From positions 465-64,464 of the forward strand of contig CAVYSQ010000002.1 of the NCBI GenBank assembly GCA_963771265.1: a stretch of 64,000 nucleotides of DNA, given 5' to 3'. Below, piece by piece: positions 21,381 to 29,240 of this stretch. Below the pieces are notes generated by a model that did no database searches, was not told the origin of the DNA, and saw nothing but the letters and a program-made list of their open reading frames with translations. The translations under genes were made by a program, and so were the position numbers. Source of the DNA: an uncultured Solirubrobacterales bacterium. GTDB taxonomy: Bacteria > Actinomycetota > Thermoleophilia > Solirubrobacterales > 70-9. Each line of letters begins with the position of its first letter. Positions within the stretch are counted from its first letter, which is position 1.

Positions 21381-22613
21381 GTGCAGCGAGGTGTCACAAC
21401 AGCCGGGCGCAAGCGCGCCGCCGTCGAACTCGTCGCCCGCGAGGACACCGAGCTGAGGAGGACTGCCCGCCGCTTCTCTCTCTGCGAGGACGACGCGGAG
21501 GACGCCTACCAGCGAGCGCTGGAGATCCTCCTCGTCAAAGCACCCAACGATCGCCCACACGAGCTGATCCGCTGGATGAAGACGGTGGTCAAGCACGAGG
21601 CGCTGGCGATTCGCCGCTACCGCGAGCGCCTGCTGGGGGTGGGCGAGGACGAGATGGGGGACCCAATCGCACGGATCGCAGCGGCTGGCGCCGGGCCGGG
21701 TGAGCGCATCGAGCAGCGCGAGCAGACTGCCCGCAACCGCGAGGCGCTGCAAGCGCTGAAGCCAGCTGAGCTGCGTGCGCTGACTCTGCTCGCAGCCGGC
21801 TACTCCTATCTCGAGATCGGCGAGATGACGGGCTTCAGCCAGACCAAGGTGAACCGCTGCTTGGCTGAGGGACGCGAGCGCTTCCGGCAGCTGCTGATGC
21901 GCAGCGAGGACGGCAGCCGCTGTGCCGAGCTGGCCCCCCTCCTCTCCGCCTACTGCGACGGCGAGGCGAGCACCAAGGATGAGGCGACGGTACGGGAGCA
22001 CCTACGTGCCTGCCCCGCGTGCCGGGCAACGATGCGCGCCTATCGCGCCACTCCCGCCGCAGTCGCCGCCCTTGCACCTGCTCTGCCCGTCTCGCGCTCG
22101 CTGCTGGAGCGGGCACACGAGCTCATGGTCAGTCTGCACTCGCGTCTGCCCGGTGTCGGCAACGCGAGCGAGAGTGGCCTTACTCAGGTTGCCGTCGCCG
22201 GCGGCACTCGCGGGGCTGGAGCAGCAGCCCTCGCCAAGGCGCTGGCGATCTGCGCTGGAACGGTCGGGGGTGCTGCCGCCTGCGTTGCCACCGGCGTCGC
22301 GCCGGCGCCGCTCGGCATCGAGCCGGAGCACAAGACCGGGGCGAAGATCGAGCGGGTCTCCGGGCAGGTGCTGGAGGAACCCACGCCTACTGCCGGCTAC
22401 GAGGCAATCCCGCCGGCACCCGAAGCACCGGAGCAAACTGAGCCCACGCAGGAGCCGAAGGTCGATCCGCCGCAGGCGTCTGCGCCGGCTCCCGAAAGCG
22501 CCGAAGCGGGAGCGGTCGAATACGTGCCCCCGGCGCCGGAACCCGCTCCAGCCCCGGCCGCAACGGAAGCACCTGCGTCAAGCGGCAGCGCGGCAGGGGA
22601 GTTCGGGCCGTGA
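21381..22613 (+). CDS. ECF sigma factor fused in one polypeptide to a zinc-binding anti-sigma (ZAS) domain, a TM helix and a Pro/Ala-rich tail
   Basis: Region 2 (DAEDAYQRALEILLVK..WMKTVVKHEALAIRR). Region 4 (LRALTLLAAGYSYLEIGEMTGFSQTKVNRCLAEGRERF). No stop before LSAYCDGE..REHLRACPACR (H-x3-C-x2-C). TM segment AALAKALAICAGTVGGAAACVATGV. Pro/Ala/Glu-rich tail. GTG 21381 follows GAGGGAG by 7 nt. Confidence 0.8.
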   Translation: MQRGVTTAGRKRAAVELVAREDTELRRTARRFSLCEDDAEDAYQRALEILLVKAPNDRPHELIRWMKTVVKHEALAIRRYRERLLGVGEDEMGDPIARIAAAGAGPGERIEQREQTARNREALQALKPAELRALTLLAAGYSYLEIGEMTGFSQTKVNRCLAEGRERFRQLLMRSEDGSRCAELAPLLSAYCDGEASTKDEATVREHLRACPACRATMRAYRATPAAVAALAPALPVSRSLLERAHELMVSLHSRLPGVGNASESGLTQVAVAGGTRGAGAAALAKALAICAGTVGGAAACVATGVAPAPLGIEPEHKTGAKIERVSGQVLEEPTPTAGYEAIPPAPEAPEQTEPTQEPKVDPPQASAPAPESAEAGAVEYVPPAPEPAPAPAATEAPASSGSAAGEFGP

Positions 22614-24607
22614 GGGCTCGACTCGGCCTGAGATTCCTCGTGTTGGTCGCCTTGACGCCGACGTTCGTCGCTGCGTCGGCCGGGGCGAGTCCGCCGCGAC
22701 CAGTCGGACTGCAGGTCGTCGGGGGCGCCGACGCCTGGCACGCGGACAATCGCTTCGAACTCAACTGGGTGAATCCGCCGACAGCCGGCCAGCCCCTGGT
22801 CGCCACCCATTTCCGAATCCGCGATTCCGAAGGGGACGTGCTCACCGAAAGCCAGATCGCCTGGCTGAGCGACGGCGTCGCGGCGCTGACGCTGCCAAAA
22901 ATGCCCGGCACCTACAGCGTCGAAGTCTGGCTCGAGGATGCCTCCGGAAGCCAGGGGCCCGCGGCGAGCGAGCAGCTGCGTTTCGACAATGTCCGCCCCG
23001 CCTCGATCGAGCCGGAGTCGGTCAAAGGCTGGATCGGCCGCTCCGACTTCCCACTGCATGTCCGCCTCGGTCGCCCCGCCGGCCCGACCCCTCTCTCCGG
23101 GATCCGTGGCTACGCCGTCGCGATCGGGGCGGGCCCTCTCAACATTCCCTGCGCCGCGCCGGATCGCTGCACCGAGGCTGAGACCACTCTGCACAACGGC
23201 GCTGGGGACGACCAGCTGAAGATCGAGGCGCTGCCGGAGGGAACGAGCTACCTGCACGCGGTCGCCGTCTCCGGTTCGGGAATGAAGTCGCCGAGCAGCG
23301 GCCGTACTGTTCTCCGCGTCGACACCACGGATCCGGTGACGCTGCTGAGTGGCGCACCAAAGGGCTGGACCAACCGCGCGGTGTGGCTTGTTGCGAGCGC
23401 GGTCGACTCCGGGTCGGGAATGGCGCCGGCGGGTGGCCGTCCCCCACCCTTCACCGCGATCCGGATCGACGGCGGCCCGGCCGCATACGACCGCGGTGGA
23501 TCCGTCGCGGCTGCCGTGATCGACGAGGGCGTGCACCAGGTCGCCTACTACGCGCGAGATGCGGCCGGCAACATCGATGATGGCGGTGGGGGCAACGGTC
23601 TCGCCAACCGCGCGCCGCGGTCGGCCGTCGTACGAATCGATCGCACACCGCCCGATCTGGCCTTCGCCAACTCCCAAGACCCGACCGACCCCGAGCTGCT
23701 GCGGGTGCGGATCGCCGACTCGCTTGCGGGTGTCGATTCTTCACGGGGTCAGATCGGCGTACGCCGCGCCGGCTCCGGCGACCGCTTCGAGCCGCTCGCT
23801 CCTGCCCGATCGGCCGACGCGGGCGAGCTGCGCGCCCGCTGGGACTCCGACGCCTTCCCGCCGGGCGACTACGAATTCCGCGCGGTCGGCTACGACGCTG
23901 CCGGCAATGCAGCCGTGACCACTCGTCGCCGCAACGGCAGCCCCATGACCCTCTCGAACCCACTCAAGGCGACGACAGCACTGCGCGTCCGCTTCCATCG
24001 CAAGGGGCGGCAGCGCACCATCCCTTACGGTCGTCGCGTCCTCATCAGCGGCCATCTCACCGCCGGTCGCCACGCACCGCTACGCGGCAAGCCGGTGCGG
24101 GTTATCGAGCGCTTCCTCGCCGGCGCACGCCCGACCACACGGGTTTCCACAGCGATGACCGACCCCGACGGGGGCTTCTCAATCCGCACAACCGCAGGGC
24201 CGAGCCGGACGATCGCGGTTGCTTTCGACGGCAGCCCAACCCTGGGCCGATCGGCGGGGCCGACTCTCGAGCTGGGCGTGCGCAGCCGGTTGCAGCTGGC
24301 GACTTCAGCTGCTGTGGCGAGGATCGGCGGGCCGCCGCTGGTCTTCCGCGGCAGGCTGGTCGCACCCAGGGAGGCGATCCCGCCAACCGGCAGGTCGATC
24401 GAACTGCAGTTCCGCCTGCCGGGCCTGCCCTGGGCCGAGTTCCGCGCGGTCCAGACCGACGGCCAAGGACGCTTTCACTACGCCTACAGCTTCAGTGACG
24501 ACGACAGCCGCGGTGCTCGCTTCCAGTTCCGCGCCTACGCGCCCGCGCAGGAGGGCTGGCCATACGAGCCGGGTAGCTCGCGACCAGTCCTCGTGCGCGG
24601 ACGATAG
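22610..24607 (+). CDS. large secreted protein with Ig-like/beta-sandwich repeats and a carboxypeptidase-regulatory-like C-terminal region
   Basis: GTG 22610 overlaps the sigma-fusion stop (GTGA). Signal peptide LVLVALTPTFVAASAGA. YYARDAAGN-type motif and TDPDGGFSI motif. No catalytic motif recognised. Confidence 0.75.
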   Translation: MRARLGLRFLVLVALTPTFVAASAGASPPRPVGLQVVGGADAWHADNRFELNWVNPPTAGQPLVATHFRIRDSEGDVLTESQIAWLSDGVAALTLPKMPGTYSVEVWLEDASGSQGPAASEQLRFDNVRPASIEPESVKGWIGRSDFPLHVRLGRPAGPTPLSGIRGYAVAIGAGPLNIPCAAPDRCTEAETTLHNGAGDDQLKIEALPEGTSYLHAVAVSGSGMKSPSSGRTVLRVDTTDPVTLLSGAPKGWTNRAVWLVASAVDSGSGMAPAGGRPPPFTAIRIDGGPAAYDRGGSVAAAVIDEGVHQVAYYARDAAGNIDDGGGGNGLANRAPRSAVVRIDRTPPDLAFANSQDPTDPELLRVRIADSLAGVDSSRGQIGVRRAGSGDRFEPLAPARSADAGELRARWDSDAFPPGDYEFRAVGYDAAGNAAVTTRRRNGSPMTLSNPLKATTALRVRFHRKGRQRTIPYGRRVLISGHLTAGRHAPLRGKPVRVIERFLAGARPTTRVSTAMTDPDGGFSIRTTAGPSRTIAVAFDGSPTLGRSAGPTLELGVRSRLQLATSAAVARIGGPPLVFRGRLVAPREAIPPTGRSIELQFRLPGLPWAEFRAVQTDGQGRFHYAYSFSDDDSRGARFQFRAYAPAQEGWPYEPGSSRPVLVRGR

Positions 24608-24613
24608 GGCCGG

Positions 24614-25099
24614 CTAGCGGAGAGCCGAGAGCTGGTCGCCGACCTGGTCGACGAGGCTCTGAGCACGGGAGGACTGCTCGTCGATCGCCTTGCGCACGCG
24701 CTGCTCTACCTCGGTGCGGTTGCGCTTCAGGGTCGTCTCGACCGTGCGCTGACGTTTACGCGCCTCGCGCTCGACTTTGCTGCGGGTTTTGCGTGCTTCG
24801 GTAGTCGCCTTGCGACGGGCGCTGGTGCCGCGACGCTCGGTGCGCTTCACCGTGCGGCGCAACTGCTGGCTGTAGGACTTGAACTGCTTCTGCGCAGCCG
24901 TGCGACCGGCAAAAGGTTCGACCAGCTCGGCGACGCGATCGCTGACCTCGAGCACGGCGCCGACCGGGACGTCGACCGCGCTTTCAGCCGCGGCACGTGC
25001 CTGCTCGACACGCGAGGGAGCGGGGGCCGGAGTCTTTTTCGCCTGCGTTTTCGGTTTGGAGTTGCTGCTTTTACTGGCTTTGGTTGCCAACAAGATCAT
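24614..25099 (-). CDS. Lys/Arg-rich, probably coiled-coil protein of unknown function
   Basis: KSSNSKPKTQAKKTPAP then a highly charged region (RRTVKRTERRGTSARRKATTEARKTRSKVEREARKRQRTVETTLKRNRTEVEQRVRK). Start ambiguous: ATG 25099, TTG 25093, or track ATG 25147, which lies inside a LexA-type box. Confidence 0.6.
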   Translation of the reverse strand: MILLATKASKSSNSKPKTQAKKTPAPAPSRVEQARAAAESAVDVPVGAVLEVSDRVAELVEPFAGRTAAQKQFKSYSQQLRRTVKRTERRGTSARRKATTEARKTRSKVEREARKRQRTVETTLKRNRTEVEQRVRKAIDEQSSRAQSLVDQVGDQLSALR

Positions 25100-25141
25100 C
25101 CCTTCGGGGTGGTTGTGTAGCGGGGAGTTCGCGAGTGTAGC

Positions 25142-25169
25142 GAACATACGTTCTTCCGAACACCTGTTC
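25142..25169. promoter_or_regulatory. two tandem GAAC-N4-GTTC boxes (LexA/SOS-box-like operators)
   Basis: cGAACATACGTTCt (25142..25153) and cGAACACCTGTTCt (25158..25169), 4 nt apart. They lie upstream of the minus-strand gene 24614..25099, next to a TACACT -10-like hexamer on the minus strand. Confidence 0.5.
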
Positions 25170-26002
25170 TAAACCGCTCCCTCGAAGGCGTTACGGACCG
25201 TTGCCAAACCCTGTTCGCCAGCCGCCGCCAGGATCGGATAGCGAGCCTCGAGGCCGAGATCTGCCTGCTCCAGCGCCAACTCGCCGAAGGCGAGCGCGCC
25301 CCCCGCCTCGCGGACGATCAATTGGGCAGCGGCGATGTCGACCGAGCGGCAGGGCCGCAGGCTGAGCATTCCGTCCAGCCGCCCGGCCGCCACATAGGAG
25401 GCGGTGATCGCGATCGAGCCGATCACCCGCAGGCGAAAAACGCGGCCGTCGAGGGCTTCCTCGAGCGGCTGCATGCGGCCCGGCGCGGCCGACTCGACGC
25501 CAAGTAACTCGAGCTTCTCGGCATCGGCTGCAACCTCCAGCCGCCGCCCCTCCAGGTTCGCCCCCTCTCCCCTGCTGGCGGCAAATCCCTCGCCAGCACC
25601 AAAGTCGTAGACGTAGCCGAACTCAACGTCGGCCATCGAGGGCCCCGAGGCAACCGCGATGCTGAAGCTGTGGGAAGGCAGGGTGCGGCGCGCATTCAGG
25701 GAGCCGTCGATCGGATCGATCACGACCCGGGCAGGACCTCCATCGCCGAAGATCACCTCGCCCCGCTCCTCGGAGATTGCGAGGAAGGAGGCCCCCGCCG
25801 CGGCTAACTGCTCGAGCTCGGCGAAAACGGCGTCCTCGCAGCGGCGGTCGATCACGAGGCTGCGATCGCCCCCCTCGCCCACCCCCTCATACTCGGTCCG
25901 CGCCTCGATTCCGGCCGTCTGCTCGAACAGCTCCCGCTGCGCGTCGACGATGCGACGGCAGATCTCCATCCAATCTGCGGAGAAGACGTCCACTGAGCGC
26001 AT
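25169..26002 (-). CDS. inositol monophosphatase / fructose-1,6-bisphosphatase family protein
   Basis: FLAISEERGE, VVIDPIDGSLNA (DPIDG[ST] metal-binding motif), and C-terminal SVDIAAAQLIVREAGG. Confidence 0.85.
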   Translation of the reverse strand: MRSVDVFSADWMEICRRIVDAQRELFEQTAGIEARTEYEGVGEGGDRSLVIDRRCEDAVFAELEQLAAAGASFLAISEERGEVIFGDGGPARVVIDPIDGSLNARRTLPSHSFSIAVASGPSMADVEFGYVYDFGAGEGFAASRGEGANLEGRRLEVAADAEKLELLGVESAAPGRMQPLEEALDGRVFRLRVIGSIAITASYVAAGRLDGMLSLRPCRSVDIAAAQLIVREAGGALAFGELALEQADLGLEARYPILAAAGEQGLATVRNAFEGAV

Positions 26003-26046
26003 CCTATGGAGGACAGCTGGTTCGGCGGGCCCGGTAGCGTTGAACC

Positions 26047-28986
26047 ATGCTTGCCCTGGCAGAGCCCCAAGAGCGTGCGATCGGCCATCGCTCGGGGCCG
26101 TTACTGCTGATCGGCGCGGCGGGAACGGGCAAGACCGAGGTTCTGGCCAGGCGCTTCGAGCGCCTCAACGCAGCCGGAACCGCACCGGAGCGGATCCTCG
26201 TCCTGGCCTCATCCCGGGCCACCGTCCAGCGCCTGCGCGAGCGGGTCGAGCAACTCCTCGATCGCTCACTCGAAGAGCTCTGGATCGACACTTGGGAGCA
26301 GCTCTGCGAGAGGTTGCTCCGTGAGTACTCAACCGCAGCGAACCTCGACCCGTTCTTCAGCGTCCTCGGGCCCGCCGAGCGCCTGGCGCTCCTCCTCGAC
26401 CGCCTCGACGAGCTTCCCCTACGCGATCACCAGATCCGTGGCAACCCCGCCGGGCTGCTCGCCCGCCTGCTGGCGCAGATCGACGAGGTCAAGGCCGGCT
26501 CGAACCCTCCCGATCCCGAACTCGCCGAGCTGATTGCAGCCCACGACCGCATCCTCGCCAACAACTGCAGCCTCGACCGCGGCGACATCTACCTGACGCT
26601 CAGCAAGCTCTTCGAGGAAGGGCCCGCCTTACGGCTCGCAGTTGCCTCCCGCTTCGAGTACACGATGGTGGATGAGCTGGAGGACACGAGTGTGGCTCAG
26701 CGGGCGATCCTCACTGCCCTGGCCGCAGAGAACCCGAATCACGTCTACGCACTCGAGGAGCGAAGCGAGGTGTCGGGGGTGTCCGACTGGGCGCGGCGTC
26801 CTCTTTTTCGCCCCACCGACTCCCTAAGTGACGGAAGCTCCGCTGGCGAAAAACCCAGCGCGCAGTCGGACACCCCCGGCGACTCGCCCTCCGTCATCGA
26901 GTTGACCAGCCAGTTCCGCGACCCTCCGGTGCGCTTCTGGCGTTGCACCAACGAGCGTGCGCAAGCCCAAGCAGTCGCCCGTGAGGCCGAGCATCTGATC
27001 GCCGGCGGGACCGTGCCTGAAGAGATCTGCGTGCTGGTCGAGGATCAGGGGCGTGGTGGACCAGTTGCGGCCGCAATGGAAGAGCGGGGAATTCCCTTCC
27101 ACCTTTCGGGTCCCGCCGCTCTGTTCCAGCGTCCGGAGGTGCGCGATGCGATTGCTTGGTTGAGGGTGCTTGCCGATCCTGCTGATTCGGCTGCCGCAGC
27201 ACGAGCTCTGACCCGGCCTCCGGTCGAGCTGCGTTCCGCCGACCTGGCGCGGCTGACGACGATCGCGCGGCGGCGCAAGCTGGACATGGTCTCCGCCTGC
27301 GAGGCGGCGCTCGAGAGCCCCCAGATCTCACCCGAGGCCCGTGAGCGAATCCATTCCTTCCTCAAGCTCTACGGAACCGCCTCGGCAGTGCTGGAGGAAC
27401 GCCGCGCAGATGTCTTCGTGCGGCGCTTGGTGGAGGCAGTCGGACTGCGCCGCCAGCGGCTTTTCGCCGCCCAGGCAGAGGTTGCCGAGAGGCTGCTCGG
27501 GCTTTCGCGTCTCGCCGAGCTAGCCGCCGCCTGGACCCGGCGACAGCCGAACGGGTCAACCCGGGACTTCGTCCGCCACCTCAGCGCCGTCGCCGATGCC
27601 GGGGTCGAGCCCGTCGGGGTGAGCGAGCCGCCGGCGCGTGGTGCGGTTCAGGGGCTCACGCGCGACGCCGTCAAAGGGATGGAGTTCGAGTATGTCTTCG
27701 TGCTGGGTATGGAGCGCGGCGACGGAGCCGAGCGGATTGGACGGCCGGCGCAACTCGGGCTGGTCCTCGCACGGGTCGAACGCGGCGAGAGCGGCGAAAC
27801 CCGGCCGTCCGAGGCGTACGCAGCCGCGCTCGCCGGGTCCGGCGCCGAAGAGGAAGAGCACAAGGAGGAGCTGTTTGGTCCGGCCGAGGGCCTGCACGCG
27901 ACGTACCGGCTGCTGCGCGAGGAGATGCTGGCGGCCTCGTGGAAGGCGGGGCGGGAGCTGTCGGAGCCCCGGCTCGACACCGCGATCGACGTCAACCGGG
28001 CGATCGCCCGTTACCTGGAGCTGCTGAAGCTGGCGGCGCTTGCCCAGCGGCCTGGCGATGAGGCAACCGCGGAGGCAATCGACGCCGTCAACGGCCTGCT
28101 GCGCCAGGTCGCGACGCCCGAGCAGCAGGCCGAGCTCGATGCATCCTCGCTCGATTCCTACCTGCTCGGCTCCGAGCAGGAGCGCGAGGGGCGCCGCCGA
28201 CTCATCGCCGCCCGCCAGGAGCCCTCGCTGGAGGCCTTCCTTCCGCGGCGCGGCGACGGCGCGCTCAGCCTCTCGGCATCCGACCTCGGCCTCTATCTCA
28301 CCTGCCCGCTGAAGTACAAGTTCGCCCGCGTCTTCGGCATTCCCCAGGAGCCAACGATCAACCAGCGCTTCGGCATCCTCATCCACAACGTCCTCGAGCG
28401 CTTCCACAAAGAAGGCGACGACCAGGCCACCGAGGAGGGGTTGCGTCGCCTGATGTCTCTCTTCGAGACGGGCTGGCGCCGCACCGGCTTCGGCTCGAGC
28501 GACGACGAGCTGCAGTTCCGCGACCGGGCCCGGGAGGCAATGCGGCTCTACTGGGAGCGGGAGAGCGAGTCCGACGGCGAGCCGGTCTGGCTGGAGCGAA
28601 AGTTCGACATCCGCATCGGCGAGCACCACGTCCGGGGCCGGGTCGATCGGGTCGACCGCCTCCCGGGGGGCGACTACGAGCTGATCGACTACAAGACCGG
28701 CGAGCGCAAGAGCGAAGCCGACCTCGAGAGCGATCTGCAGCTGGCCCTCTACCGCCTCGCCGCCCGTGAGGCGTGGGAGCTCGAGGCCAATACCGGCAGC
28801 TACTACTACGTGCTCGACGCTGACAAGGTCGCCGCACCGGTCCGCGCCGACGACGCCGAACGGGTCGAGCGCACCGTCTTCCAGGTTGGCGAGGGAGTCC
28901 TCGGGCAGGACTTCGAGCCCCGCCCGTCACCGACGGTCTGCAGCTGGTGCGACTACCGCCTGATCTGCCCGGCGGCTGAGAGTTGA
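26047..28986 (+). CDS. UvrD/PcrA-like superfamily 1 helicase fused to a PD-(D/E)xK nuclease domain with an AddB/Cas4-type Fe-S Cys cluster
   Basis: Walker A GAAGTGKTEVL, motif II VDELEDT, KGMEFEYVFVLG. C-terminal nuclease (LYLTCPLKYKF .. GRVDRVD .. LIDYKTG .. CSWCDYRLIC, i.e. C..CxxCx5C). Confidence 0.85.
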   Translation: MLALAEPQERAIGHRSGPLLLIGAAGTGKTEVLARRFERLNAAGTAPERILVLASSRATVQRLRERVEQLLDRSLEELWIDTWEQLCERLLREYSTAANLDPFFSVLGPAERLALLLDRLDELPLRDHQIRGNPAGLLARLLAQIDEVKAGSNPPDPELAELIAAHDRILANNCSLDRGDIYLTLSKLFEEGPALRLAVASRFEYTMVDELEDTSVAQRAILTALAAENPNHVYALEERSEVSGVSDWARRPLFRPTDSLSDGSSAGEKPSAQSDTPGDSPSVIELTSQFRDPPVRFWRCTNERAQAQAVAREAEHLIAGGTVPEEICVLVEDQGRGGPVAAAMEERGIPFHLSGPAALFQRPEVRDAIAWLRVLADPADSAAAARALTRPPVELRSADLARLTTIARRRKLDMVSACEAALESPQISPEARERIHSFLKLYGTASAVLEERRADVFVRRLVEAVGLRRQRLFAAQAEVAERLLGLSRLAELAAAWTRRQPNGSTRDFVRHLSAVADAGVEPVGVSEPPARGAVQGLTRDAVKGMEFEYVFVLGMERGDGAERIGRPAQLGLVLARVERGESGETRPSEAYAAALAGSGAEEEEHKEELFGPAEGLHATYRLLREEMLAASWKAGRELSEPRLDTAIDVNRAIARYLELLKLAALAQRPGDEATAEAIDAVNGLLRQVATPEQQAELDASSLDSYLLGSEQEREGRRRLIAARQEPSLEAFLPRRGDGALSLSASDLGLYLTCPLKYKFARVFGIPQEPTINQRFGILIHNVLERFHKEGDDQATEEGLRRLMSLFETGWRRTGFGSSDDELQFRDRAREAMRLYWERESESDGEPVWLERKFDIRIGEHHVRGRVDRVDRLPGGDYELIDYKTGERKSEADLESDLQLALYRLAAREAWELEANTGSYYYVLDADKVAAPVRADDAERVERTVFQVGEGVLGQDFEPRPSPTVCSWCDYRLICPAAES

Positions 28987-29014
28987 GCAGCGGGCAGCAG
29001 TAGGAGGCCTCGAG

Positions 29015-29039
29015 CTTTCTTTCAAGCTTGAAACGAAAG
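29015..29039. repeat. AT-rich palindromic hairpin just after the helicase stop
   Basis: CTTTC-TTTCAAG|CTTGAAA-(c)GAAAG. The core 29020..29033 is a perfect 14-nt palindrome centred on AAGCTT. It is conspicuously AT-rich for this DNA. Confidence 0.4.
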
Positions 29040-29071
29040 TGAGTTGAGCTGGCGACGCTTCGGGCGGGGAT

Positions 29072-29218
29072 AGAAGCGGCGATCCACTCTCGCGGGAATG
29101 TCGCGAAGCGGCGATATGCAATCTGGTGATTGCGCGGCTTCAGCCGCGCACCAACTCAGTCGCTAAGCCCCAAAGGGGCGTGCGACATCAATTCCCGCGA
29201 GAGTGGATCGCCGCTTCT
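29072..29218. repeat. 28-bp perfect inverted repeat enclosing a structured 91-nt core (element C)
   Basis: 29072..29099 AGAAGCGGCGATCCACTCTCGCGGGAAT and 29191..29218 ATTCCCGCGAGAGTGGATCGCCGCTTCT pair 28/28. Inside: GTCGC/GCGAC; TGCGCGGC-TTCA-GCCGCGCA (8 bp); GCCCC-AAA-GGGGC; and GCGAAGC at 29103..29109. It lies between convergent genes. Confidence 0.65.
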
Positions 29219-29240
29219 CTACAACAGGCGATCGCGTGTG

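Noticed and set aside
29072-29218. Retron msr/msd or a CRISPR-related repeat for element C (and the 11-nt direct repeats in element H, 60069..60110).
   Set aside because: There is no reverse transcriptase, cas, TnpB or other partner gene nearby. Only two short direct repeats are present, not a repeat-spacer array, and they are too short (11 nt) for CRISPR repeats.
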